From a virus: 64,000 bases of DNA. This document shows, one piece after another, positions 1-9,535 of this stretch; within the stretch, counting starts at the first letter, position 1; every line of letters starts with the position of its first letter. A program made the position numbers and the translations under genes. The stretch covers positions 1 to 64,000 of the IMG/VR virus record IMGVR_UViG_3300024262_000026. One strand, written 5' to 3'. Below the pieces are notes generated by a model. That model ran no database searches. It saw only the letters and a program-made list of their open reading frames with translations, and had not been told where the DNA came from.

Positions 1-551
1 AGAACTGAACGCCAAGCAACTATATGTGGGTATCGTTTACGATAGTTTAATTGTCCAATAGCATTTCTATCAGGATTTTTTCTTCTCCATTCTCTTATTT
101 TATCATCATTATCAATTCTATATTGTTTCTTATATTCTAAAATATCTTCTCTATTTCCTTCATAGTATTCCTTTTTATTATCTAAAATTTCTTCTTTCTT
201 TTCAGAATATCTTTTTTTATCATATTCTTTTCGTTCATCAGGATTTTTATATTTTTTCTGTATTCCTTTTACACATTCTTTACATTCTGAACGGTGACCA
301 TCTGGTGTTCCTCTTTTAATATGAAATTCTGATAAATCTTTTTCAATACCACAAATTCTACATTCTTTTCTACCTTCATAAATTATTTCTCTCTCTTGTC
401 TTTGTTTTCTTCTTTTTTCGCCCCTTTTCTGATCTGATTTTTTGGAACACTCTTTACAATCATTTCTATAACCATCTTTTGAACCTTTTCTCTTAAAAAA
501 ATTATTAACCTCTTTTAGTTCATTACATTTATTACACTTTTTATATAACAT
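1..551 (-). CDS. Putative HNH-type homing endonuclease, N-terminal part (runs off window edge)
   Basis: Not in the ORF track. ATG at 551 reads MLYKKCNKCNELKEVNNFFKRKGSKDGYRNDCKEC...CRICGIEKDLSEF...CKEC, two zinc-ribbon repeats typical of phage endonucleases. Late-type promoter upstream. Confidence 0.6.
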   Translation of the reverse strand, partial: MLYKKCNKCNELKEVNNFFKRKGSKDGYRNDCKECSKKSDQKRGEKRRKQRQEREIIYEGRKECRICGIEKDLSEFHIKRGTPDGHRSECKECVKGIQKKYKNPDERKEYDKKRYSEKKEEILDNKKEYYEGNREDILEYKKQYRIDNDDKIREWRRKNPDRNAIGQLNYRKRYPHIVAWRSV

Positions 552-606
552 ATCTTATCTTTTCTTTTATATATTAAATTTTAATAGTCCCCTAACAAAA
601 ATATAT

Positions 607-637
607 AAAAAAAGACACAATTTGAAATTGTGTCTTT
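607..637 (-). terminator. Intrinsic terminator after tail tube gene
   Basis: aaagacacaatt/aattgtgtcttt stem with an A-run on its left (U-tract on the - strand). Confidence 0.75.
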
Positions 638-663
638 GTAAGTTATTGATTATCAAATAGTTA

Positions 664-1227
664 TTAGTAGTAGAAATCTTCCCAATAATCCACAGCCCAT
701 TTGGCTTCAAGTGACATAACTTCTGTATTTGAAGACCAATCTAGTTGTTCCATTCCAGTAAATGTATGGAATTGGCAGTTATGGTAAGTTACTCTTCTGA
801 TAACTTTACCTTCTCTATCGTGTTGGTGTAGGATTATATCGCCTACCATATTTTTCTTATAGTGTAGTGTTCCAGTTTCGTTATTCCAAGCGAGGTCGTA
901 CCAATCTTTCAACATTTTAAACACAAAAATTTGGTAATCATCATTTTGGTTAAGGTTGAATGAGATACCCATATCTTTTATAGAAGTTTCCGTTGGAGTC
1001 ATCACAAAGAGTCTTGTTGAATATTTGAATCTTTGTTCTTTAGTTCCAAGAGGTGGGTAAGTAGGCATATTCGCTTTTGTAGTATTTTCCAAAAGTAGGT
1101 GAGTAGCATTTGGGTGAATACCTTGTAAAATTTGAGGTAATATAATTGTCACCTCATAAAGATTAGGGTGAATTGGTTCCCATTTTTCTTTGTGTGAGTC
1201 TATCATTGTAAAGTGTGCTAATGGCAT
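664..1227 (-). CDS. Tail tube protein (T4 gp19-like)
   Basis: 187 aa downstream of sheath; WEPIHPNLYEV, KDWYDL, HDREGKVIRRVTYHNC, LDWS pattern of gp19-like tubes. Confidence 0.8.
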   Translation of the reverse strand: MPLAHFTMIDSHKEKWEPIHPNLYEVTIILPQILQGIHPNATHLLLENTTKANMPTYPPLGTKEQRFKYSTRLFVMTPTETSIKDMGISFNLNQNDDYQIFVFKMLKDWYDLAWNNETGTLHYKKNMVGDIILHQHDREGKVIRRVTYHNCQFHTFTGMEQLDWSSNTEVMSLEAKWAVDYWEDFYY

Positions 1228-1260
1228 ATTTTTTATATTATTTTTTCTATACGTATTTCT

Positions 1261-1270
1261 CTATATATTA
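1261..1270 (-). promoter_or_regulatory. Putative phage late promoter (TAATATATAG)
   Basis: Recurrent WATATATA motif shortly upstream of structural genes; analogous to T4 TATAAATA. Confidence 0.6.
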
Positions 1271-1300
1271 AAATTTCGCTTTTTCCTCGGAAAATAATTT

Positions 1301-1609
1301 TTATGGTTTAAAACCACCTGTATGTTCACCAAAACTTGCTACTTTTTTCTTTTTTGCTTTAGGTTTTTTCTCATCCTTAGGTTTCAAATTTTTTGAATCT
1401 TCACATTCTTTACATGTTTCTTTTCCTTTTTCACATGCACATTTTTCACCTTTTTCAACTTCTTTGGTATCTTCTGGTTTATCTTTTTTCTTAGATGCAA
1501 CCATTTCCGCAAACTTTTTTCTTGCTTCTATTTGTGCTTCGGTTGGTTTTTTCTTTTCAGTAACCACTTCAACATTTTCAAATTTATCAAATTTTACAAA
1601 TCTTTTCAT
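1301..1609 (-). CDS. Lys/Glu-rich small protein with capsid-targeting-like N-terminus
   Basis: MKRFVKFDKFE start; CAC...CKEC cluster; lies between sheath and tube. Confidence 0.6.
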   Translation of the reverse strand: MKRFVKFDKFENVEVVTEKKKPTEAQIEARKKFAEMVASKKKDKPEDTKEVEKGEKCACEKGKETCKECEDSKNLKPKDEKKPKAKKKKVASFGEHTGGFKP

Positions 1610-1619
1610 AAGTTATTTA

Positions 1620-1772
1620 TTATTTTTCTTTGAAAAATTCATCAAATTGTGATAATTTTTCATTTTTTTCACATGTACATTCATCTTCACATCCACACTC
1701 ATCACAAGTGCAATTATCAACGCATTCACATTGTTTTTCTTCTTCATTTATGAATTCTAAAAAATCTTTCAT
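1620..1772 (-). CDS. 50-aa Cys-rich (4x CxC) metallothionein-like protein
   Basis: Below the ORF-track cutoff: MKDFLEFINEEEKQCECVDNCTCDECGCEDECTCEKNEKLSQFDEFFKEK*. Confidence 0.7.
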   Translation of the reverse strand: MKDFLEFINEEEKQCECVDNCTCDECGCEDECTCEKNEKLSQFDEFFKEK

Positions 1773-1796
1773 TTTTCTGTTTTCATTTTTAAAAGC

Positions 1797-1821
1797 AAAG
1801 AGGGAACTGAGTTCCCTCTTT
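1797..1821 (-). terminator. Hairpin after tail sheath gene
   Basis: aaagagggaact/agttccctcttt perfect inverted repeat. Confidence 0.65.
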
Positions 1822-1836
1822 GACTTTAATTATTTA

Positions 1837-4800
1837 TTATTGAGGTGTGAATCCACCTGATTGAATATCACCTTTTTTAAGGATAGTAATGTTATTAACA
1901 ATTATACCCATACCTTTGATAATTTCAACGTAAGTATCAAGAACACCCATTTGAAGGTCTATGATATAGTCTGTATTATTTGTGGCATCACAAACATTTT
2001 TAAAATCGTAGAAAGCATCACCATCTAACATTTCTTTACAGATTTTATCTGCTCTATATTTGATTTCTGCTCTAACCTCTGCGGTATTAAACGCCCATTG
2101 ATATCTAAGCAACATATCATATAATCTATTTTCAAGTTCAATAAGTACTTCTCTTGAATGAAGGAATGATAATGAACTGAATGGGAAAACCTGTGCGGTT
2201 GACTCATCATTAATACAGTATCCATTGTTAAGTTTGTACACAATTGGATTTGCTCCCATTTGGTGCAAATTCTCAAGGTCTATATTATTAAAATCAATTT
2301 CAGTTTTTGTTATACCATTAATTCTACCATTAGTGATACCTGCGCAAATTGTCCAAGGCACAAAACCTGCAACGTTTGACACAAATTTCTGCATATAGGT
2401 TGTTGCGGCATATGACGCTGGTGGGAACCATTTTGGTATACCATTATCATATATTCTCACATATGGGAAGAAATATCCTACTGTTGAACGACCATCAAGT
2501 TGTCCGTGTCTTGTAGCGAATTGATATAAGTAATCTGGATTTTTAGATTCATCGGCACCTTTTCTTACATATTCTAAGTTAAGTGAACCATCATCATTCA
2601 CAAATGAAGGATTTGATGAGTTTCTGAAATCTTTTGCTGAAGGCATATTTATAAAACCAAGTGCGTTCAATTTCAATCCTGTAAGGTCAACCAATTGTTG
2701 TTTACATCCCCAACCATCATCTGGTTGTAATCCTAATCCCCAAGGGTCAACAAGATATCTCCAAGAAATCTTATTTTTATCAGCTAATGATTTAGCAAGA
2801 TTATTATCGATTGTTAAAACATCAAGAATTGAATTTTGTCTTGAATCAGTACCATTAGGTATTGAATCTTGATGTACAAGGAACGGAGAAATCTTCAATC
2901 CTATATATTCATCAACATACACATCAATACTTTGATAAGTAAATGTTTGATAATCAACAGTTGCTATTGATTGTCCAGATGAAGTACCACTTAATTGGTT
3001 CATATCTGTTAATTTGATAGGTGCATCAGTATAAAGAGTTTTCAACGAAGTATCAGTTGTACTATTTTTAATATCAATGATACGTGTGAATTTTCTTGGT
3101 ACTGAACCTTCCAAATATCCGTCACCATCTGGTGCCTGCCAATTTGCTATGTCATAGTATGCTTCAAGGAAGTCACCTCTCTTAATTTCAGAATATCTTG
3201 TTTTATTAATTGAAATTTGTTGTACAGTTGTCAAATCATCACCTACCCAAGATTCAATCTCAATTGATTGTCTCCAATTTGATTTGTCTGAATAAATAAC
3301 AAGTTGTTTTGTATAATTTGTATTCCAATCATTAACAGATTTGTATGTATAAACTGTACCATCATATGTTTGGAAATCAACAGTTAATATAGATGATTGA
3401 TCTATAAACATTTTCAAATAAACTTTATCATCAGCAGGTACGGTTGAACCTGAGTTATTATCAACCCAGAAATAATCGTCAGAGTTTATAATACCATTGT
3501 AATAATTTTGATAAAAAGTTGAGTATTTACCAACAACTCCAACGTTTCTAGCAAGTCCACCAAGTGTAACTTGTGGTATTTGTGTTACTTCTTGATAAAC
3601 TGTTTTTAATCTTGCAGTATTATCATCTTGTAAAACAAACTCATTATCAACATAATATAATAAAATTGCTGAATCTGTACCTGATATATAATCTGTTGGA
3701 ACTTCAACATTCAATCTAATTAATGCGTTTGATGTTGCTGTTGAATCTACAACTGCTCTACCTGTAATAGGGGTTTTATCTGATAATGAAAAGCTAACAT
3801 TACCTTCAGTACCTAATTGGATTGTCCATAATGATGCTGATTGATAAGGTTGTGAACTAGTTACAGTCCAAGTTAACCCTGTTGCTCCTGAACCAGATAA
3901 CACATAAGAATCAACTGCTAAAGTTATTGTACTTAGTGAATAATCTGTCACGGTCCCAACACAACCATCACCATCTTCGTTTACTACCGTAACGGTTGAA
4001 CCTGAATATAATCCTAAATTTGTTGGCAAACCTGTAATATCAAAATCAACTCCAACTTCTGGAACTGGTGTAAATGCAACCACAGTTTGACCAGTTTCGC
4101 TTATAGTATCAAGATTCGTTATTGTTGTTGCGGATAATATTAATGTTGTACTTGAATAAGATGTTACAGTACCTGTAACTCCACTTGTTGTACCACTAAC
4201 TCTAACGGTAACAACATCACCTGGCACATAATCCAAACCAGCATCAACTGTGTAAGTTAATCCAGTTCTTGTTATACCATTTATCACAACTGTATCTGTT
4301 GATGATGTTTTCTCAAATGGTTCACCATCTTTAATTAATACAGTTTTATCGGTTGTGATATATGTATCCATTTCGTTAAATAAATGATTATTTCTTAAAT
4401 AATTATAATCATTATAAACCCCAGTCATACCAGAAGTTCCCAAAAACTCCATTTGTAAATAATTATCAATATAAGTTCCTGTAACTGATGTAAAACTGAA
4501 ATTATCAATAGGAACATAACCTTTTGTATCAGAACCATATTGATCAACAGTTGAACTATCTCCTACTGTAATAGGTGTATAAACTGCTGTATATGTGCTA
4601 CCAGATTTTATATGAGTAACATAACCAAGTATTATAGTACTATTTAAACTATATGTGTAATTAGGTGCTGTTGCTGTAGGTAATGAAACATTACTTATTC
4701 CTTCCACACCATAAAGTACACTAATTTCTGTAGTGTTATTTGTTAAATAAAGTACGTCAATTTTTGTTGCATATGTTGTTGTTTGTGTCACAGAACTTAA

Positions 4801-6078
4801 TGTTGCTGTATTGAAAGATGGTTCATAAGTTGAGCCATTTAGAACATAATAAGGATATGCGGTTGTTGTTATATCAAAACCAAATGTTGTTGATGTTGAA
4901 CCTGTAGTTCCATTAACATCATCAATATAAATACCGTATGTGTGTCCATTTGTATATGCACCTGTTCTTGTTCCACCACTAACTGTTAAGTTATTTAAAG
5001 GTGTTGCAATATTAGTAAAAACATTATTTGCTGAGTCAAGATATTTATTACTATATGTCAAAGCTTCTTTTAGAGTTGCGTTATAAGACATAAAATTGAT
5101 ACTTGTAAAATCTTGCCCTACAAGAACATCACCAATAATATCAAGATTTCCAAGTTTAAAATCAGCCTCAAGTAAAGCATCTTCATTATATGTGCAGAAT
5201 AATCCTGTTTTATCAGTATTATTATTAACTACATTTTTAATGTACATATCTCTATCATTTAAATCCTTAAAATAAGGAATTAATGATACATCATAAGACG
5301 CTAAAACTGTTACAGTTCTTTCATTAACAAAATTGCTAACTTGTCCTTTAATTAAACCATTTCTATTGAAGTATCTTGAAAAAGTAGTATCATTTGCCAA
5401 TGTTCTATAATCGGTCCAATCTCCTGCTATCACAACAATACTTGCAAGATAGTCTGATATCCATTCTCTATAATCTATATATGGAGGAACTTTATCACGT
5501 CCACCATACCATTCTTCTGCTGTGATGTCAAATCCACTAATGTCTGATTTGAACATAAATATAGTAATGTCTTTATCACCCATATTTGTAATATGAAATA
5601 GACGATTATTGTCCTGAACACCACCATTATTATTTTTTACGATATTTAAGAAAGCATCTGTATCTCTTTCCCAAAAATCTTGTCTATTAAAGAATAGTTC
5701 ATATGCTGTTGAATTTACTGTACTGTTTTCATATTGAGCAGATACCGAAATTGTTTGCCATTCTAACTTATCTCTATTAGGATCTGTTGATAATAGGTTT
5801 AAAGCCCAAACAGGACCTGATTTTAACATCTGTTTTACGGTTTTGTGAAAATAAGAACCTTTGTTTTCTAATCTCCTATCATCTTCACCAAAGATTGCTT
5901 CAAAATCACTTGGATTTGTAATATAAATTGGAGCGTTAAAAGGTCCTTTCTTTGAAAAACCTGGCACCAAGTTAATAAGAACATCCTGAACTGGAAGTTC
6001 TATAATACTTGCATCTATCTCTTCTATGAAAATCCCTGGTCTTTTGTATTTTCCAAGGTCTCTATCTTTTATTGGCAT
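1837..6078 (-). CDS. Tail sheath protein (gp18-like) with large internal insertion
   Basis: N-terminal RPGIFIEEID..GFSKKGPFNAP; C-terminal sheath motifs (PPASY, AGITNG, CDATNNTDYIID); 1413 aa. Confidence 0.9.
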   Translation of the reverse strand: MPIKDRDLGKYKRPGIFIEEIDASIIELPVQDVLINLVPGFSKKGPFNAPIYITNPSDFEAIFGEDDRRLENKGSYFHKTVKQMLKSGPVWALNLLSTDPNRDKLEWQTISVSAQYENSTVNSTAYELFFNRQDFWERDTDAFLNIVKNNNGGVQDNNRLFHITNMGDKDITIFMFKSDISGFDITAEEWYGGRDKVPPYIDYREWISDYLASIVVIAGDWTDYRTLANDTTFSRYFNRNGLIKGQVSNFVNERTVTVLASYDVSLIPYFKDLNDRDMYIKNVVNNNTDKTGLFCTYNEDALLEADFKLGNLDIIGDVLVGQDFTSINFMSYNATLKEALTYSNKYLDSANNVFTNIATPLNNLTVSGGTRTGAYTNGHTYGIYIDDVNGTTGSTSTTFGFDITTTAYPYYVLNGSTYEPSFNTATLSSVTQTTTYATKIDVLYLTNNTTEISVLYGVEGISNVSLPTATAPNYTYSLNSTIILGYVTHIKSGSTYTAVYTPITVGDSSTVDQYGSDTKGYVPIDNFSFTSVTGTYIDNYLQMEFLGTSGMTGVYNDYNYLRNNHLFNEMDTYITTDKTVLIKDGEPFEKTSSTDTVVINGITRTGLTYTVDAGLDYVPGDVVTVRVSGTTSGVTGTVTSYSSTTLILSATTITNLDTISETGQTVVAFTPVPEVGVDFDITGLPTNLGLYSGSTVTVVNEDGDGCVGTVTDYSLSTITLAVDSYVLSGSGATGLTWTVTSSQPYQSASLWTIQLGTEGNVSFSLSDKTPITGRAVVDSTATSNALIRLNVEVPTDYISGTDSAILLYYVDNEFVLQDDNTARLKTVYQEVTQIPQVTLGGLARNVGVVGKYSTFYQNYYNGIINSDDYFWVDNNSGSTVPADDKVYLKMFIDQSSILTVDFQTYDGTVYTYKSVNDWNTNYTKQLVIYSDKSNWRQSIEIESWVGDDLTTVQQISINKTRYSEIKRGDFLEAYYDIANWQAPDGDGYLEGSVPRKFTRIIDIKNSTTDTSLKTLYTDAPIKLTDMNQLSGTSSGQSIATVDYQTFTYQSIDVYVDEYIGLKISPFLVHQDSIPNGTDSRQNSILDVLTIDNNLAKSLADKNKISWRYLVDPWGLGLQPDDGWGCKQQLVDLTGLKLNALGFINMPSAKDFRNSSNPSFVNDDGSLNLEYVRKGADESKNPDYLYQFATRHGQLDGRSTVGYFFPYVRIYDNGIPKWFPPASYAATTYMQKFVSNVAGFVPWTICAGITNGRINGITKTEIDFNNIDLENLHQMGANPIVYKLNNGYCINDESTAQVFPFSSLSFLHSREVLIELENRLYDMLLRYQWAFNTAEVRAEIKYRADKICKEMLDGDAFYDFKNVCDATNNTDYIIDLQMGVLDTYVEIIKGMGIIVNNITILKKGDIQSGGFTPQ

Positions 6079-6102
6079 AATTTATTGATTATTTTTTCTT
6101 TA

Positions 6103-6112
6103 TTATATATTA
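6103..6112 (-). promoter_or_regulatory. Putative late promoter of sheath (TAATATATAA; second copy at 6151-6160)
   Basis: Same motif as upstream of the tube and baseplate genes. Confidence 0.6.
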
Positions 6113-6228
6113 AATATTTTTACTATTTTTGTACCGTTTTTTGATTTAACTTATATATTAAATTGAAAAAACGAAAAAAATATAAAAAAACAGGCAAGAT
6201 ATAATTTTTTTTATCGAAACATATATCT

Positions 6229-6236
6229 TACTTTTG
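6229..6236 (+). promoter_or_regulatory. Bacteroidota primary-sigma -7 element TAnnTTTG
   Basis: TACTTTTG 22 nt before the ATG at 6259. Confidence 0.7.
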
Positions 6237-6258
6237 TTAAAAATAAAAACGATTTAAA

Positions 6259-7074
6259 ATGATTAACTTTAATTTATCAAAAAAATATAACATCAACGAA
6301 ATCAATGAAACACTTGACAAATTTATAAACATACAAAAGAGTAATAGAGTTATTACTTCGTTTGATGGAAAAGAATTATGTTGGGTTGAAGTCTCCAATA
6401 AATACTATAATTTTGATTTTTCATCATTTTGTAAAAAAATAATTGCAGAAATTGAGAATTATTTTACACCTGATGCCTACCTACTCAGAGTTCGTAGTGG
6501 TATTCAAGAGTTAAGATTGGTAGGTAGTGAAGTTGATATTAATGGTGAAACTTATCTTAAAATGATAGGAATTATCAATTCAACTAATAAGGAAAAGGCA
6601 CTTTCAATGAATATTGGCTTGGTTCGTAAATCAAACGTGACAGGTTCTGTTCATGTAAGTTTTCGTAACAAACACTATAAAACGTCAATGCCAAATAAGA
6701 TTAAGAATTTTGCTGACAATCTAATAAACTTTAATATGGATATTGAATACCATATTAAAACCATTGAAGATCTTACACTAAGAAAAATTTCATTTAAAGA
6801 ATTGGTTAAATCACTATCAACCAATAATGAAGGTGATAAAATTAAAAGTATGACTCTTAAAGTGAGAGCACTTGGCAAAAAACTTATAGAATATGGATAC
6901 TCAGATTTTACCAATACTCTACGTAACCCATTTTCAGATACAGTTAAAGATTTTGACGTAAATCTAAAAGATGTATTTGATGCCTACACCGAACTATTCA
7001 AAAGCTATGATACATCAATTATTGGTAGAGAAACACGAAGAATATTAGACGCAATTGAAAAAAATAATAATTAA
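6259..7074 (+). CDS. DUF932/DUF945-like phage protein
   Basis: IINSTNKEKALSMNIGLVR..KH resembles the NSxDG..GxxR..H core of DUF932. Confidence 0.45.
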   Translation: MINFNLSKKYNINEINETLDKFINIQKSNRVITSFDGKELCWVEVSNKYYNFDFSSFCKKIIAEIENYFTPDAYLLRVRSGIQELRLVGSEVDINGETYLKMIGIINSTNKEKALSMNIGLVRKSNVTGSVHVSFRNKHYKTSMPNKIKNFADNLINFNMDIEYHIKTIEDLTLRKISFKELVKSLSTNNEGDKIKSMTLKVRALGKKLIEYGYSDFTNTLRNPFSDTVKDFDVNLKDVFDAYTELFKSYDTSIIGRETRRILDAIEKNNN

Positions 7075-7077
7075 CAA

Positions 7078-7260
7078 ATGCCACTTAAAAATCCATTTAC
7101 TGAAACAAAATGGAAGAAAATTAAAACAGACAAACAAATTCTTATAGAGAGCAGAGTAAACAAATTAAGAAAAATTGAAGGTCAAAAGCCAATTGACTTT
7201 GGACCAAACTACATTAAAGAAGAAGTGTATAATTATGGAATACACTCACTACTTGAATAA
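7078..7260 (+). CDS. Hypothetical protein with internal RxxKLxxI motif
   Basis: ESRVNKLRKIE. Confidence 0.55.
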   Translation: MPLKNPFTETKWKKIKTDKQILIESRVNKLRKIEGQKPIDFGPNYIKEEVYNYGIHSLLE

Positions 7261-7348
7261 AATTAATTGAGCAATTATAGAAACTCAAAATTAATATATA
7301 AAAAACTTCAAAAAGAAGTAACATTTTTAATTTAATATTGTCTAATAT

Positions 7349-7552
7349 ATGAACAGAATTGTATTGACTGAAAAAGATTTTATATCTTTAGTAAGTAACT
7401 CCATGGTATTCAAAGGTATAAAATTTACTGATGAAGACCTATTAAATTTAATCACAGGTGAAATTGTTGAAATTGATAATAACCTTATTATTTTACAGGA
7501 TATTGGTTTCATTAGAATTTCAGACATCTTGGACAAATATAGAAAATTTTAA
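7349..7552 (+). CDS. Hypothetical protein
   Basis: 67-aa ORF with an internal TEKDF/TDEDL repeat. Confidence 0.6.
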   Translation: MNRIVLTEKDFISLVSNSMVFKGIKFTDEDLLNLITGEIVEIDNNLIILQDIGFIRISDILDKYRKF

Positions 7553-7571
7553 TTTTCTTATAAAATAATTT

Positions 7572-7598
7572 AAACTTTTTGTTTTTATTATACTATAA
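7572..7598 (+). promoter_or_regulatory. Putative ECF-type promoter AAACTT-N16-TATAA
   Basis: Directly upstream of the sigma gene; same spacing recurs at several loci. Confidence 0.6.
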
Positions 7599-7640
7599 GG
7601 GGGTTCGGGTTTCTTATTTTAACTTAAAAAAATAAATTAT

Positions 7641-8285
7641 ATGGATTTATCTATGGACAAAAAATTGAATCAATTAGCGAAGGATTTTGAACATCGTACA
7701 AAATTAGACTTCCAAAAATTCTACAAGGACTATAAGCCAAAACTTATCTGGTATTTGGCGAGATACACTAAAGACACAGAAATTGCTGAAGATTATGCTG
7801 AAGAAGCATTTATTCAAGCAATGTTAAACATCAGCACTTATAAAAGACCTGAAGAAGGTGGGGCTCAAGTTAATACTTGGGTATATAAAATTGCGGAAAA
7901 CATTGTCAAAAAGGCTCATAAAGATAATGGAAAATTACCATCAACATCATTAGATAAGGAATTTGATGAAAATGTTAATTTAACTAATCTAATACCTTAT
8001 GATGATGGTAAGAGAGAAGAACACGAATATCATGTTTTTGTAAGAAAAGCCGAAATCATTAAAGATGCAATATACAGTTTACCTAAAAAAGATGATAAGT
8101 ATAAACAAGTACTCATAATGAGAGAATTAGAAGGTATGGCATATAAAGATATTTCAGAATATCTTGATATCAATTTATCAACTATCAAATCTCAAATCCG
8201 AAAAGGTAGAAGCATCATTCGCAAAAAAGTCATTAAGAAACTTCAAGAAATTGATAGTAATGGTTTAAGTGAATTTGATATATAG
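7641..8285 (+). CDS. ECF-type (RpoE-like) RNA polymerase sigma factor
   Basis: Region 2 (AEDYAEEAF, NTWVYKIAEN) and region 4 HTH (EGMAYKDISEYLDINLSTIKSQI). Confidence 0.9.
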   Translation: MDLSMDKKLNQLAKDFEHRTKLDFQKFYKDYKPKLIWYLARYTKDTEIAEDYAEEAFIQAMLNISTYKRPEEGGAQVNTWVYKIAENIVKKAHKDNGKLPSTSLDKEFDENVNLTNLIPYDDGKREEHEYHVFVRKAEIIKDAIYSLPKKDDKYKQVLIMRELEGMAYKDISEYLDINLSTIKSQIRKGRSIIRKKVIKKLQEIDSNGLSEFDI

Positions 8286-8288
8286 ACT

Positions 8289-8507
8289 ATGTTATCCTAT
8301 GAATCAAGTAAATGGTATGTGAAAATATGGCGGAGACGTTGGTATTTTTACATACCATTTCTTTTTTTCAAATTAAAATTATTCAAATTTAGATTTCTTG
8401 GTATGTTAGTTGAAGAACCAGGTAAAAGTGATAGAGAAGATTTAATTAATTCTTGGTTCGATATTAAAAAACATGTCGAACTAACCAAAATGCAAAAATA
8501 CACATAA
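8289..8507 (+). CDS. Small hypothetical protein, possibly membrane-associated
   Basis: WYVKIWRRRWYFYIPFLFF aromatic/basic stretch. Confidence 0.6.
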   Translation: MLSYESSKWYVKIWRRRWYFYIPFLFFKLKLFKFRFLGMLVEEPGKSDREDLINSWFDIKKHVELTKMQKYT

Positions 8508-8694
8508 TATAGATTGAATACGTGATGATAACTAACTTTTTTTAAGATGTAATAGGAGTAAACAGGTTGCTGCTGTAAACCAAATTACTATACACTTAAT
8601 TAATGGACATGTAGATAGTTTCCTAAAAAGGCTAAAAACTGTAGTGTTATAAAAATAAGTTAATCCATAGTGAATACAGCGCTCAATCTATATT
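8506..8694. ncRNA. Candidate structured non-coding RNA (~190 nt)
   Basis: ORF-free gap bounded by a 12-bp inverted repeat aatatagattga/tcaatctatatt, with further internal stems. Confidence 0.35.
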
Positions 8695-8716
8695 TTTTTA
8701 TTTCAAAAATTTTTCT

Positions 8717-8724
8717 TACTTTTG
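8717..8724 (+). promoter_or_regulatory. Bacteroidota -7 element TAnnTTTG
   Basis: TACTTTTG upstream of the rhomboid gene. Confidence 0.7.
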
Positions 8725-8761
8725 CATTTGATTCAATCACAAACTTTTTAAAACAATATTT

Positions 8762-9511
8762 ATGTCATACGATCCCAATAGCGGTTTCAAAAATATGTCA
8801 GACGACAAAAAACAACGTCTGAAAGATATGTTCTTCACAGAAGAGTATCATAAAAATCAAGAAAAAAGAAAAACCACACAAAAAAGGCGAGAAAAACTTG
8901 CAAAATTTGGTATTGTAGGATTTATCATTGTAATAAATACTCTTATCTTTTTACCACAATGGTTTTCAGCAAGTGCAACACAATGGATGTATGAAACTCT
9001 TGGTCAAAGTGGTATCATATCAGGACATCCAGGAAATTTCACATTTCAAATTTGGCAACCATTCACGGCTATGTGGATGCATGGAGGATTTATTCACTTA
9101 GCGATCAATATGTTCGTTTTATGGTCATTCGGCAGAACAATGCAATCAATTTGGGGTGATAAAAAATTCTTACTATTATACGTTCTTAGTGGATTAGGTG
9201 GTGGTTTATTGATGTTGATGTTTAGTTCAATATATGCTTATCCCGTAGGTGTTGGGGCATCAGGTGCTATTTGCGGATTAATGGGCGCAATGGTTGTTCT
9301 TCAGCCTGATTCTAAAGTACTATTATTTTTCTTTATACCTGTAAAAATTAAACCTATGGTAATATGGTTTGGAGTTATATCATTAGTATTAGCAGTAACT
9401 AATTTCAATTTTGGAATTGGAAATGCGGCTCACCTTGGTGGACTTATTGTAGGATATTTACTCACAAGATATTGGAAAGAAAAAAGTAACTTATATACAA
9501 CTTTTATTTAA
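8762..9511 (+). CDS. Rhomboid intramembrane serine protease
   Basis: WQPFTAMWMHGGFIHLAINM, catalytic GASG and AHLGG, multiple TM helices. Confidence 0.95.
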   Translation: MSYDPNSGFKNMSDDKKQRLKDMFFTEEYHKNQEKRKTTQKRREKLAKFGIVGFIIVINTLIFLPQWFSASATQWMYETLGQSGIISGHPGNFTFQIWQPFTAMWMHGGFIHLAINMFVLWSFGRTMQSIWGDKKFLLLYVLSGLGGGLLMLMFSSIYAYPVGVGASGAICGLMGAMVVLQPDSKVLLFFFIPVKIKPMVIWFGVISLVLAVTNFNFGIGNAAHLGGLIVGYLLTRYWKEKSNLYTTFI

Positions 9512-9535
9512 AAATATATTAAAAACATAGAGAAA

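Noticed and set aside
1464-1860. + strand ORFs 1464..1652 and 1630..1860
   Set aside because: Antisense shadows of the - strand genes, including the 1620..1772 ORF.
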